Assembly (NCBI GenBank): GCA_021735655.1
Contig: JAIPGM010000002.1
Span: forward strand, 192,001 to 256,000
Source: Candidatus Omnitrophota bacterium
GTDB taxonomy: Bacteria; Omnitrophota; Gorgyraeia; Duberdicusellales; 4484-171
Direction of reading: 5' to 3'
Length of the DNA stretch: 64,000 nt
The notes under the pieces are model-generated. The model made no database searches and was not told where the DNA came from. It saw only the letters and a list, made by a program, of their open reading frames with translations. The position numbers were made by a program, and so were the translations under genes. The stretch's first letter is position 1. The number at the start of each line of letters is the position of its first letter. Below, piece after piece: positions 48,939 through 58,340 of this stretch.

Positions 48939-49439
48939 ATGACAAGAATATTAGTACTTTCCGATACCCACATACCGACCGCTGCGGATAATCTGTCAGC
49001 AGTAATAGCCAAAGAAGCAAAAAAAAGTGATTGCTGTCTTCATGCCGGAGATTTTGTATCCTATTCGGTTTTTGAAGCTTTATCTAGCTTCAAAAAAACC
49101 TACGGCGTTTATGGCAATATGGATCAAGAACGAATTAAAATAGAGCTTCCTGAACAGCAAATTCTAAAATTTGAAGATGTTACCTTAAGTTTAACCCATG
49201 GGGCCGGGCATCCGGCAAATCTAATTGGCTACCTTCAGAATAAGTTTTCGGAAAAAATCGATGAAATTGATATTTTTGTTTTTGGTCATTCTCATTGTGC
49301 AACCGATGAGGAAATTGACAAAAAAATTTATTTTAATCCCGGATCACCAACAGACAAAGTATTTGCATGTTATCGTTCATATGGTATCTTAGAAATAAAT
49401 GGCTCTGAAATAAAAAGGAGGATTATAAAAATTGAGTGA
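48939..49439 (+). CDS. metallophosphoesterase, YfcE/MJ0936 family (start moved to MTRILVLSDTH)
   Basis: DTH, GD, GNMD, GHSH metallophosphatase motifs. Confidence 0.75.
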   Translation: MTRILVLSDTHIPTAADNLSAVIAKEAKKSDCCLHAGDFVSYSVFEALSSFKKTYGVYGNMDQERIKIELPEQQILKFEDVTLSLTHGAGHPANLIGYLQNKFSEKIDEIDIFVFGHSHCATDEEIDKKIYFNPGSPTDKVFACYRSYGILEINGSEIKRRIIKIE

Positions 49440-49902
49440 ACTTTGGGCTCCTTGGAGAATAAATTATGTACAAGACAAAAAGGCAAAGGGTTGCGTTTTT
49501 TGTAAAATCCTAAAAGCAAAAAATGACACCCAAGACAATGTTCTTTTACGGTCAAAACATTGTTTTGCCGTTTTAAATAAATTTCCTTATAATAACGGAC
49601 ACACATTAATAGTAACTAATCGTCACATTAAATCACTAGAACAGTTAAAAGATCAAGAGTTATTAAACATTAACAAAACTTTAATTTCGGTAAAATCAAG
49701 ACTTAAAAAAATTCTCAAGCCCGATGGGTTTAATATCGGAATTAACATTGAAAAGTCGGCCGGGGCAGGAATAGTGGGCCATATTCATATTCATCTTGTG
49801 CCTCGCTGGACTGGTGATACAAATTTTATGCCAGTGACCGCAAGTACAAAAATAATCTCCCAAAGCCTCAAAGAATTAAGTCGACAATTTAAAAATAAAT
49901 AG
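49432..49902 (+). CDS. HIT-family nucleotide hydrolase
   Basis: Histidine triad HIHIHLVPR. Confidence 0.8.
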   Translation: MSELWAPWRINYVQDKKAKGCVFCKILKAKNDTQDNVLLRSKHCFAVLNKFPYNNGHTLIVTNRHIKSLEQLKDQELLNINKTLISVKSRLKKILKPDGFNIGINIEKSAGAGIVGHIHIHLVPRWTGDTNFMPVTASTKIISQSLKELSRQFKNK

Positions 49903-49908
49903 TACAAT
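49881..49908 (+). promoter_or_regulatory. sigma70-like promoter TCGACA-16-TACAAT, 8 nt upstream of ATG (leaderless)
   Basis: -35 at 49881-49886, -10 at 49903-49908, ATG 49917, no SD. Confidence 0.4.
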
Positions 49909-49916
49909 CAAACACT

Positions 49917-50957
49917 ATGGTGCACTACACAACTATATTTTCTTCCTTCCATACTCTCTATCGTCTAACTACTACGCTTGATGATTTGCCAAGCTTTGCT
50001 ATGGGTGTATGTCGCCTTTACCGCAACGCTTTTAATGCTGATAAGGTAGTAATAATTTGTAAAAGTGTTTCTAGCCAGACAACTCTTAAAGTCTGCTGCG
50101 AAAATAAAAATTCCTATATAAAAAAGGGAGGCAATTCTATTCTTACCAGAATAGAAAAAGAACTTCTTAAACAAGAAAAAGAAATTCTTTCAACCAACCG
50201 TTTCATTTACCCTTTTATATTTACCCATATTCTAGGAGGAATTTATGTGAAGCGTGATTCAAAAACCAACAAGTTTGATGAGACTGAAAAAAAATGGTTT
50301 TTGTCGCTTTGCGAAGAAGCAAGCATGAGTCTAAAAATATTTGATTTGTATAGCGAGCAAAAAAAGATAGTACTTAGCTACATTAAATCTTTATCACAAT
50401 TCTTAAACCAATATGTACCAACTTCTTATTTGCACACTAAAATTATTTCTCGTTTGATTAAAGCTTTAGGTAAAGCGATGAAGCTGTCGGAAGTTGAAAT
50501 TAAATCTCTGGAACACGCTTCTTTATTGCACGATATAGGAAAAATGCAAGTTCCTTCACAACTATTAAAAAAACAAAAACCACTAACAGACAAAGAGTTT
50601 AAACTTATCGCAAAGCACCCTCGAAAAGGTGCTAATTTATTTAAAAATTTAGAAATTCTGAAGCCGGCCATACCGATAATCTTACACCATCATGAACGTT
50701 ATGATGGAAAAGGATACCCTTCAAAGTTAAAAAAAGAACAAATCCCCTTAGCTTCAAGAATATTATCAGTGTTAGATACCTTCGACGCCATGTATTTTGG
50801 ACGACCTTATCGACGTAAACGTCGCCTAAAAGAAATTGAGAAAGAATTTAAGGAGCAGCGTGGAAAGCAATTTGACCCTAAGGTAGTTGATGTATTTCTT
50901 GCGATTTTGAAAAGAAAAAGTATACAAAAATACTTCAAATCTTCCCCAAAAAAGTAA
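49917..50957 (+). CDS. HD-GYP domain c-di-GMP phosphodiesterase with N-terminal GAF-like region
   Basis: HDIGK and HHHERYDGKGYP motifs. Confidence 0.8.
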   Translation: MVHYTTIFSSFHTLYRLTTTLDDLPSFAMGVCRLYRNAFNADKVVIICKSVSSQTTLKVCCENKNSYIKKGGNSILTRIEKELLKQEKEILSTNRFIYPFIFTHILGGIYVKRDSKTNKFDETEKKWFLSLCEEASMSLKIFDLYSEQKKIVLSYIKSLSQFLNQYVPTSYLHTKIISRLIKALGKAMKLSEVEIKSLEHASLLHDIGKMQVPSQLLKKQKPLTDKEFKLIAKHPRKGANLFKNLEILKPAIPIILHHHERYDGKGYPSKLKKEQIPLASRILSVLDTFDAMYFGRPYRRKRRLKEIEKEFKEQRGKQFDPKVVDVFLAILKRKSIQKYFKSSPKK

Positions 50958-50970
50958 CCACAAGGAATTC

Positions 50971-50999
50971 TTGATTTTTACCCCTATTTATCTTATAAT
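50971..50999 (+). promoter_or_regulatory. sigma70-like promoter TTGATT-17-TATAAT, 6 nt upstream of ATG (leaderless)
   Basis: -35 at 50971-50976, -10 at 50994-50999, ATG 51006, no SD. Confidence 0.45.
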
Positions 51000-51005
51000 A
51001 ATCAT

Positions 51006-51536
51006 ATGAGAGGAAAGCAGCTTTATCTTTTTGGTCTCAAAAGTGATAGTTCAAATACTCCGCCACAGCAAAAAATTAAGCTACCTTTAGATATATTAAC
51101 TATAGCTAGTGTGGTTTTTGTTCTTTCATTGATTATTTCATTTTCTCTGGGAGTGGAGAAAGGCAAAAAAATTGCTTCTAGTAAAATCGCAATAGAACCC
51201 CAGGAAAGATTACCCCGTTTAGACGTTGCTGTCGATAAGCAATCCGTCGAACCAGATAGTTCGAAACAGGATTCTTTAGTTGAAGAGAAAATCGTTCCAA
51301 ACGAAATAGTAAAAAATAAGCAAAAATACAATATTCAAGTAGCTAGTTTTTATAAAGAAAATACAGCTCGCAAAGAAGCAGAACAATTAAAAGAAAATGG
51401 TTATCCGACCTCAGTATCCCGAAAAGGTAAATACGTTGTTATCTATGTCGGGGATTTTGACGATGAGGGGGAAGCCAAATCTAATTTTGAACTTTTGCAA
51501 AAAAGATACAAAGACTGCATATTGCGACAACTATAA
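51006..51536 (+). CDS. SPOR-domain protein (N-terminal TM)
   Basis: C-terminal SPOR block YNIQVASFYKENTARKEAEQLKENGYPTSV...YVVIYVGDF. Confidence 0.7.
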   Translation: MRGKQLYLFGLKSDSSNTPPQQKIKLPLDILTIASVVFVLSLIISFSLGVEKGKKIASSKIAIEPQERLPRLDVAVDKQSVEPDSSKQDSLVEEKIVPNEIVKNKQKYNIQVASFYKENTARKEAEQLKENGYPTSVSRKGKYVVIYVGDFDDEGEAKSNFELLQKRYKDCILRQL

Positions 51537-51546
51537 GGAGGATTAA

Positions 51547-51792
51547 ATGGGACTACATCCATCATTGAAACGATCAGATGTAAAGGGTAATCGTTCAGTA
51601 ATGAAACGAACTGAACGGATAAAGTGGCTTATCGGAAAAGGCAAATGGAACGAAGGCGATCCAGTTTTAGGTTTACCTAAAATAAAAATTATAAAATTAA
51701 AAGCCATAAAGAAAGAAAAGCAAAAACCTGAAGAAGAAGGGCAACCTACCGAAGGTGCAAAAAAACCAGTTGAGAAAAAATCAAAAGATTAA
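51547..51792 (+). CDS. small highly basic hypothetical protein
   Basis: 81 aa, Lys/Arg-rich, strong AAGGAGG RBS. Confidence 0.45.
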   Translation: MGLHPSLKRSDVKGNRSVMKRTERIKWLIGKGKWNEGDPVLGLPKIKIIKLKAIKKEKQKPEEEGQPTEGAKKPVEKKSKD

Positions 51793-51798
51793 CCAAGA

Positions 51799-52560
51799 AT
51801 GAAAATATTCTATATTCTTCTGATAGCAATATTTTTTTCTATGACTTTGGTTTCAGCCTTTGATCTTTATGAAGTAGCTAATGATAAGGCACAAATTCGG
51901 GTCGATTCTACAAGTTTGTCAGGCTCTTTGGGTTTCTTCAACCAAGGAGACTCAGTCGAAGTAGTTGGAGAGAAGTTTGATTGGTACCGCGTTGTTTTGC
52001 CAAAAGAGACTACTTGTTATGTTTATAGCAAGCTCATTGAAGTGCTAGACGGAGGAATGGTGAGAATTAGCGCAACAAATGTTAATTTACGCTATCAACC
52101 TTCGCTTGAAGCCCCAATTATTGGTAAAGCATTAAAAGATGAAGTATTTTCACTCCTTGGAGATAATGGGGAGTGGCTTAAAATTAATAATAATTCAAAG
52201 GCTAGAGGTTGGGTACATAAAAAATTCCTAAAAAAACAGGATTCGTCTCAAAATTTAGCCTTACTTGAAGAAAGAATTGTAACTTCCGATACGGCTACGA
52301 TCTACAATACGATTACCATTCTAAGCCAGCTAGGAAAAAATAAACCGGAGTTGCTACCCCGGTTTTTAGAAAAGGCCAAAAGATTATCACTCAAACCAGC
52401 AAGCGCCTACCTAGACATCTTACAAAACATTCTTGAGCCCAAAGATCAAAAGAAGGCTTACTTTTATCAAGCTCAAAACAACGCCCTTAGTGATCAAGAT
52501 ATTCAAAGGGCCTTAAGTTTGTTTCAGACAATGATCGAAACCAAAAATATTAGCCAATAG
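51799..52560 (+). CDS. secreted protein with two bacterial SH3 domains
   Basis: Signal peptide; two SH3b-like blocks (..GDSVEVVGEKFDWYRV.., ..DEVFSLLGDNGEWLKI..). Confidence 0.55.
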   Translation: MKIFYILLIAIFFSMTLVSAFDLYEVANDKAQIRVDSTSLSGSLGFFNQGDSVEVVGEKFDWYRVVLPKETTCYVYSKLIEVLDGGMVRISATNVNLRYQPSLEAPIIGKALKDEVFSLLGDNGEWLKINNNSKARGWVHKKFLKKQDSSQNLALLEERIVTSDTATIYNTITILSQLGKNKPELLPRFLEKAKRLSLKPASAYLDILQNILEPKDQKKAYFYQAQNNALSDQDIQRALSLFQTMIETKNISQ

Positions 52561-52566
52561 ACACTA

Positions 52567-53178
52567 ATGGCAATTACTTACTTACTTATCGTATTTTTTA
52601 TCCTTTTGTTTTCAATAACTATGCACGAATTTGCGCATGGTTGGATTGCTTATAAGCTCGGCGATCCGACCCCTAAAGATCGTGGTCGTTTAACTTTAAA
52701 CCCTTTTGCTCATATTGATTTAATCGGAACAATAGTTGTGCCTTTTCTTATTGTTTTTATCAGTCGAGGATTGCTTCCGCCGATTGGCCGAGCCAAACCA
52801 ATACCGATTAACCCTTCACATTTTAAAAACCCTAAGCAAGATATGATGTTAGTTGGAGCAGCAGGGCCACTAACCAATATCGCCATTGCCATAGTTTTTA
52901 TTCTATTAGCAAAAGTAAGCAGCCCACTGATCTCGGAAATACTTGCTTTTGGTGCGGTCTTAAATCTTGTCTTGGCAATTTTTAATCTTATTCCGATACC
53001 ACCGCTTGACGGATCACGAATAGTTGCCGGATTGTTGCCATCGCGACAATACCAAGCCTATCGTAAAATCGAAAGATTTGGATTTTTTATATTGATACCG
53101 TTTATTTTTTTAATTATTGCTACCGGGTTATTTGGAAAAATTATTAATTTTTTACAAAAGATAGTTTACTCTTTATGA
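52567..53178 (+). CDS. small site-2 (M50) family metalloprotease
   Basis: HEFAHGWIA (HExxH) in TM1, LDG motif; 203 aa. Confidence 0.75.
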   Translation: MAITYLLIVFFILLFSITMHEFAHGWIAYKLGDPTPKDRGRLTLNPFAHIDLIGTIVVPFLIVFISRGLLPPIGRAKPIPINPSHFKNPKQDMMLVGAAGPLTNIAIAIVFILLAKVSSPLISEILAFGAVLNLVLAIFNLIPIPPLDGSRIVAGLLPSRQYQAYRKIERFGFFILIPFIFLIIATGLFGKIINFLQKIVYSL

Positions 53179-54284
53179 GCACTACTTTAACTGCGACGAC
53201 TATAACCGTTGGTTTAAAAAGTAATCCTTACCGGATATATATCGGGAATAACCTTTTAAAAAAAATATCAACACACATTGCTAAACTTAAGTTAGGTAAT
53301 TTTGGAATAGTGATCACCTCGCCAAAGATATACTCAATTTACCAAAAACAAATCATAAAAAACTTCGGACCCAATAAATACAAAATTATTAAAGTTGCTG
53401 ACGGCGAAGCTGCTAAATCTAAAAAGTGGCTTTTTAGAGTTCTTGATGAAATAGCTCGTTGTGATAATTACAAACTTAGTCCATTCATAATTTGCTTGGG
53501 TGGAGGCACAGTTGGGGATTTAGGCGGATTTGTTGCCGCAATTTATAAACGCGGAATACCCTATATACAAATTCCAACAACTCTTTTGGCTCAGATTGAT
53601 TCTAGTATCGGCGGTAAGACTGCGATAGACATGCCACATGCAAAAAATATCATCGGATCTTTCTATCAGCCTAAGGCAGTATTCATTGATCCTTGCTTTT
53701 TAGCCACATTACCGCTGGCCTATTTTAAAGAAGGGTTGTCTGAAATAGTTAAATATGGGGTTATTAAAGATGCTGAATTTTTTCGTTTTCTGAAAGTAAA
53801 TCATTCTAAAATCTTAAAACGTGACTCAGTTTCTATTTTTAAAATCGTCTCAGTTTGTGCGAGAATAAAAGCCCAAATAGTAGAGAAGGACGAGAAAGAA
53901 ACAAAAGGTTTAAGAACCGTGCTTAACTTTGGCCATACCTTTGCCCATGCCTTAGAAAGCGCTTTAAAATATCAAAAAATTTCACATGGCGAAGCTGTAT
54001 CTCTAGGGATGATTTACGCTGGAAAATTATCTTTACTGCTTGGAAAATGCAATAAAACCTCTTTTTTCGAACTTCTAGATATATTACGGCTTTTTGGCTT
54101 GCCGATAGGTATAAAATTTGATCCAGCAAGGATTTATCGGTCTTTAGTCCATGATAAGAAGTTTATTTCAGGAAAAATTCGCATGGTCCTTTTAAAGAAA
54201 ATAGGCAAAGTAGAAGTCGTTGATTCGATCAGCCCTTTAGACATAAAAAGAGCGTTTAAAGTTTTCTATCCCGCCTCACATTGA
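53175..54284 (+). CDS. aroB: 3-dehydroquinate synthase
   Basis: GGGTVGDLGGFVAA, IPTTLLAQIDSSIGGKTAI motifs. Confidence 0.9.
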   Translation: MSTTLTATTITVGLKSNPYRIYIGNNLLKKISTHIAKLKLGNFGIVITSPKIYSIYQKQIIKNFGPNKYKIIKVADGEAAKSKKWLFRVLDEIARCDNYKLSPFIICLGGGTVGDLGGFVAAIYKRGIPYIQIPTTLLAQIDSSIGGKTAIDMPHAKNIIGSFYQPKAVFIDPCFLATLPLAYFKEGLSEIVKYGVIKDAEFFRFLKVNHSKILKRDSVSIFKIVSVCARIKAQIVEKDEKETKGLRTVLNFGHTFAHALESALKYQKISHGEAVSLGMIYAGKLSLLLGKCNKTSFFELLDILRLFGLPIGIKFDPARIYRSLVHDKKFISGKIRMVLLKKIGKVEVVDSISPLDIKRAFKVFYPASH

Positions 54285-54335
54285 CAAAGCCCTATAAATA
54301 TGGTATATTTATACCGAATATAGGTTTATTAAGCG

Positions 54336-54701
54336 TTGCGGCTAATAAAATCAATAGTTGGAAGAGCTAATATGGATGAAAGACGGCAATACCCCAGAGT
54401 AAACATTTCTCTCCCAGTCGAATGTAAAATGTTACCCTCGCGGGACTATTTCTATACAGTAAGTAAGGATTTAAGTCAGGTAGGCTTAAAGATTGTAAGT
54501 AACGAATTTATGCCTAAGAATGAGCTTTTAAAATTAAGTTTGAATCTGATCAACAAGATGCTTGATGTTAAAGCTAGGGTAGTTTGGTGCAGCCAGGAAC
54601 GTGCTTCGGAGAGATACTCGGCTGGCGTTGAGTTTGTGGAAATTGAAGATCACTCGCGCAATGAACTTACCGCATTTTTAGCTACAACCGAAAACTCATA
54701 A
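54336..54701 (+). CDS. PilZ-domain c-di-GMP receptor
   Basis: RQYPRVN...(D)LSQVGLKI = RxxxR and D/NxSxxG PilZ motifs. Confidence 0.7.
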   Translation: MRLIKSIVGRANMDERRQYPRVNISLPVECKMLPSRDYFYTVSKDLSQVGLKIVSNEFMPKNELLKLSLNLINKMLDVKARVVWCSQERASERYSAGVEFVEIEDHSRNELTAFLATTENS

Positions 54702-54702
54702 A

Positions 54703-54846
54703 ATGGCAAAAGCTGAAGAAAAAAGAAAAAATTGCCTAGGTTGCAATAAGTCACTGGTGCGATCCCAGTGGTACTATCGCAATGGCGGCTATTTTTGCAA
54801 CAAGTCTTGTTTCAAAACCAATCTTAAAAAGCAAGAATCCAAATAA
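54703..54846 (+). CDS. 47-aa zinc-ribbon protein (CxxC-x17-CxxxC; not in supplied ORF track)
   Basis: Translation MAKAEEKRKNCLGCNKSLVRSQWYYRNGGYFCNKSCFKTNLKKQESK; fills the gap exactly between the two PilZ genes. Confidence 0.45.
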   Translation: MAKAEEKRKNCLGCNKSLVRSQWYYRNGGYFCNKSCFKTNLKKQESK

Positions 54847-54852
54847 ACCTTA

Positions 54853-55203
54853 ATGAAAGAGCGACGAAAATCAACGCGCATCAATAAGGTTCTTTCGGTG
54901 AAGCTATCGGATTCTGAATTTGATATTTTAACCGAAACTAAAAATATTAGCGCAACCGGTGCCTATTGTCCAGTTTCAAAACCACTGGACCTGATGACTA
55001 AACTACGCTTGGTGCTTCTAATCCCAATTCAAAAAAATCGCACGAAAACGATAAAGAAAATAAGTTGCGAAGGTATCGTTGTGCGACTTGAAACGACTAA
55101 AGACAAAGGAAAATACCCTTATCGTGCTGGAATATTCTTTAACGAAATTAATGATCAGGATAAGAAGTCGCTCCTCTCTTATATACAGTCCTCATTAAAA
55201 TAA
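54853..55203 (+). CDS. PilZ-domain protein
   Basis: RRKSTRINK...NISATGAY PilZ motifs. Confidence 0.7.
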   Translation: MKERRKSTRINKVLSVKLSDSEFDILTETKNISATGAYCPVSKPLDLMTKLRLVLLIPIQKNRTKTIKKISCEGIVVRLETTKDKGKYPYRAGIFFNEINDQDKKSLLSYIQSSLK

Positions 55204-55222
55204 AACTTTTTTAGCCCAATCG

Positions 55223-55753
55223 ATGCTCAAACTTCAATTTCCTAAACCGGTAAAGTTTATCTGTGGTTTTATCTATTCTACCGAAAAATCTTATCAGCAG
55301 GTTAAAAGTATCTTGGAAAGTAAATTCGGAAAGGTTGATTTCGAAACTCAACCAATAGACTTTACTTTTACTGACTACTACGAAGAAGAAATGGGTAAAA
55401 ACCTCAAGCGACGGTTTATTTCATTTAGAAAGTTACAAAACCCTAAACGATTTACCACAATTAAGCTTTTTTGTTTAAAACTGGAAAAAAAGTTTGCATT
55501 AAATAATAAACGGCAAATAAACATTGATCCTGGATACCTTAATGAAGCAAAATTAGTTTTAACTACTACCAAGGATTTTTCACACCGTATCTATCTTGAC
55601 AAGGGAATCTATGCTGAGATAACTTTGCTGTTTAAAGATGGTGCTTTCTGTAATTTGGAAACTACCTTTCCCGACTATCGAACTAAAACCTACAAAGGAA
55701 TCTTTCACCTAATTCGTGATACTTACCGTCAAAATCTAAAAAATGAATATTGA
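55223..55753 (+). CDS. hypothetical protein, translationally coupled to the AmmeMemoRadiSam radical SAM gene
   Basis: 176 aa, no recognised motifs; 11-nt overlap with next gene. Confidence 0.35.
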   Translation: MLKLQFPKPVKFICGFIYSTEKSYQQVKSILESKFGKVDFETQPIDFTFTDYYEEEMGKNLKRRFISFRKLQNPKRFTTIKLFCLKLEKKFALNNKRQINIDPGYLNEAKLVLTTTKDFSHRIYLDKGIYAEITLLFKDGAFCNLETTFPDYRTKTYKGIFHLIRDTYRQNLKNEY

Positions 55754-56696
55754 AGGTAAAATCAATAAGATTGAGCCATTGTTAGAGGCCCTCAACCAGC
55801 GTCTTAAAACCTGCGATATTTGCCCCAGAAACTGCTATACAGACCGCTTAGCCGGCCAAAAGGGGTATTGCGGAGGAGGAAAGGATATGGCCCTTTTTAC
55901 GGCCTTTTTGCATTGTGGAGAAGAACCAGCAATAAGTGGTGAAAACGGCTCAGGCACAGTGTTCTTTTCTGGCTGCAATCTTAAGTGTATTTACTGTCAA
56001 AACTATGAATTTTCGCAAATTAAGAAGGGTAAATTAACCACAATTGATAAGCTGACCGACATTATGCTCGGTTTAGAAAAAGATGGAGCCCATAATATCA
56101 ACTTGGTTACTCCGACCCATTTTCTTCCTCAGATACTAAAATCGCTTTATCTAGCCCTAAAAAGAGGCCTTAAAATACCAATAGTTTATAATACTTCAGG
56201 ATACGAGAAAAAAGAGGTCATAAGTCAATTAGAAGGAGTTGTTGATATATATCTGACTGATTTACGTTATCTAAATAGTGAGTTAGCGAAAAAGTACTCT
56301 AATGCCGAAGATTATCCAATGGTGGCTACTGAGAGTATTAAAGAAATGTACCGGCAATACCCACAAGCGATCTGGGACGAAGATATATTAAAACAAGGTA
56401 CAATTGTCCGCCACCTAGTCCTTCCTGGATATTTAAGCGAATCAAAAAAGGTCTTAAACTGGATTAAGGACAATACTCCTAAAGTTTTACCCAGTGTTAT
56501 GTTTCAATATCAACCTTACTTTAAGGCAAATACTTACCCAGAGATAAATCGACCAATCAACAAAAACGAATATAAAGAAATTAAACAGTTTGTCGAGGAA
56601 CTAGGCCTAGAAGGAGGCTGGATTCAAGAATTTGGACCACAGAGCGATTTGGCCGGAGTACATTTTAAGGCCGATCAAAAAGATAGCTTCATCTAG
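55743..56696 (+). CDS. AmmeMemoRadiSam system radical SAM enzyme (PFL-activase-like)
   Basis: CDICPRNC...GYCG N-terminal Cys motif plus CNLKCIYCQN radical SAM cluster. Confidence 0.8.
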   Translation: MNIEGKINKIEPLLEALNQRLKTCDICPRNCYTDRLAGQKGYCGGGKDMALFTAFLHCGEEPAISGENGSGTVFFSGCNLKCIYCQNYEFSQIKKGKLTTIDKLTDIMLGLEKDGAHNINLVTPTHFLPQILKSLYLALKRGLKIPIVYNTSGYEKKEVISQLEGVVDIYLTDLRYLNSELAKKYSNAEDYPMVATESIKEMYRQYPQAIWDEDILKQGTIVRHLVLPGYLSESKKVLNWIKDNTPKVLPSVMFQYQPYFKANTYPEINRPINKNEYKEIKQFVEELGLEGGWIQEFGPQSDLAGVHFKADQKDSFI

Positions 56697-56967
56697 TCTT
56701 CTCAGTAAAGAAACCTACCTTTTTTTCCTTTTCCGGACCTTTAATAATAATATGGTGAATATTAGCAAGAGGGATAATAGCCAAATCATCACCTTTAGTT
56801 TGAGCATCAATAATCATTAAAGGCTGAAAGACGCTAACCGTCGGTTCAATAATTTTATAAATAGAATCAGTTTCGTATTGTTGACCGTTGTTAAGATAGA
56901 TAACGGCCGTGTTTTTCCTGCTTTTCTTTAAGAATTCCTCAGTAGTCTTTATTGCAATAATATCCAT
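56689..56967 (-). CDS. hypothetical protein with weak Sm/Hfq-like pattern
   Basis: AAGGAGG RBS; VIYLNNGQQYETDSIYKI and IIPLANIHHII loosely resemble Hfq Sm1/Sm2. Confidence 0.3.
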   Translation of the reverse strand: MDIIAIKTTEEFLKKSRKNTAVIYLNNGQQYETDSIYKIIEPTVSVFQPLMIIDAQTKGDDLAIIPLANIHHIIIKGPEKEKKVGFFTEKTR

Positions 56968-57080
56968 AAGGAGCCTCCTTTTAGGTATTGTAACCGCAAG
57001 TAGCTAATGTGTCAAATTGAGCAATTCGATGGAGGAGAAACGGAGAAACTTTCTGTGTTTTTTAGTGTTTTTTTGTATAC

Positions 57081-57108
57081 TTGAAAATATTGTCAATTCT
57101 GGTATAAT
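57081..57108 (+). promoter_or_regulatory. near-consensus sigma70 promoter TTGAAA-16-TATAAT for the RHH gene
   Basis: -35 at 57081-57086, -10 at 57103-57108; AAGGAG RBS before ATG 57148. Confidence 0.5.
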
Positions 57109-57147
57109 AAATACAAGTTAAATGGCTGCTAACAATAAGGAGTAACG

Positions 57148-57363
57148 ATGGCTATAAAAAAGACTAAAAAAGGGCGCCCCAAAAAGGCTATTAAATACAC
57201 TAAAACAATAAATGTTCGCCTAACCAGCGATCAATGGGTACAAGTCCTTAATTGGGCCCAAAGAGCCAATCTGGAGCCTTCGGTATATATCCGCAAGATT
57301 CTTCTAGACTTTCTTAATATCGAACATGAAATAAGTGTCGGTAAAAGTTCGGCTAAGAAATAG
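57148..57363 (+). CDS. ribbon-helix-helix (CopG/MobC-like) DNA-binding protein, orphan
   Basis: Basic N-tail then INVRLTSDQW..L...A...NL..S.YIRKIL pattern typical of RHH. Confidence 0.45.
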   Translation: MAIKKTKKGRPKKAIKYTKTINVRLTSDQWVQVLNWAQRANLEPSVYIRKILLDFLNIEHEISVGKSSAKK

Positions 57364-57712
57364 AACCCCGGATAAGAACTCGCAACTAAAACATAAGGAA
57401 AGAGTGCCGGTTTAGAGACTAAAAAGCCCAGGAAAACCGCATACCTTCTACTTCCGATAATATATCTTATGTTAACTTTTATAAATGAGTGATTTGGCCT
57501 CTTTGTTTAATGTCACTAATGACTTTTGGTGTTTTGACAATAACCTGTGAATTTAACCAATGGTCTTTACTTTCTATTGGGTATTACATAATAACCTTAC
57601 TTTAAAGTCTAGACTAAAAGAGCTCTTAAAGTTGATTGGAAAGGGTGTTTTGGGGCGATTTTAAGTTAACTTAACTGCCTTGGAAGCAGATATAGAAGCC
57701 TTCAGTTTGGAT

Positions 57713-58318
57713 TTACCAACAACTGTAAGTACTACAAAAATCCCACTGCATTACCCAAACTGCATCAGTGCCTCCCGGATGCTGAAAGTACCCAGTAGTT
57801 ACATTACCATCATCAATCACAGCATCAATTCTTTTTGCGGAAGCAAGCGGTAAAGAGCAATTATTTGGGCCGTCGGGATAGCAATAATCTTCAAACTCTA
57901 CACAAAGTTCAATATCTCCGGCAGGATCAGTCGGCTGCCTGCGGCGATTGGTATTAGTCGTAAATGTATAGATTCCTCCCCAGGGATGTACTCCACTTTT
58001 CTGATCTAAATAGGGCCCGTCCCAACCCGGCCAATCACCAGTTAAGTCCGGTGGTGTTGTACTCGGCCAGGCTCTAGTAGGGTTTCTTATTAGGTGTGAC
58101 TCTATAACCCGACCTTCACTATCGCCTCCATGAGGCCACTTGCCTGTGTCAGCATAAAGAGATCCACAAGCAGTCTTCATGGCTTTAAAATCAGCTATTG
58201 CCTTAGCAACTTTAGCCTTCTCAATAGCCTTAAAAGCATTAGGTGCAATGATTGCGGCAAGGATAGCTATGATAGCAATAACCACTATAAGCTCGATAAG
58301 AGTAAAACTTTTTTTCAT
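57713..58318 (-). CDS. type IV pilin / pseudopilin (prepilin-type N-terminal methylation domain)
   Basis: FTLIELIVVIAIIAILAAI prepilin motif, C-terminal Cys pair. Confidence 0.8.
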   Translation of the reverse strand: MKKSFTLIELIVVIAIIAILAAIIAPNAFKAIEKAKVAKAIADFKAMKTACGSLYADTGKWPHGGDSEGRVIESHLIRNPTRAWPSTTPPDLTGDWPGWDGPYLDQKSGVHPWGGIYTFTTNTNRRRQPTDPAGDIELCVEFEDYCYPDGPNNCSLPLASAKRIDAVIDDGNVTTGYFQHPGGTDAVWVMQWDFCSTYSCW

Positions 58319-58340
58319 GTCGCCTTCCTCATCAATACGT

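Noticed and set aside
55223-55753. Calling the 176-aa ORF AMMECR1
   Set aside because: It lacks the conserved AMMECR1 LRGCxG core; only positional association supports the idea.
57364-57712. Short ORFs in the RHH-pilin gap (for example a 21-aa MSDLASLFNVTNDFWCFDNNL)
   Set aside because: No RBS, no conservation signal assessable; it is too short to support.
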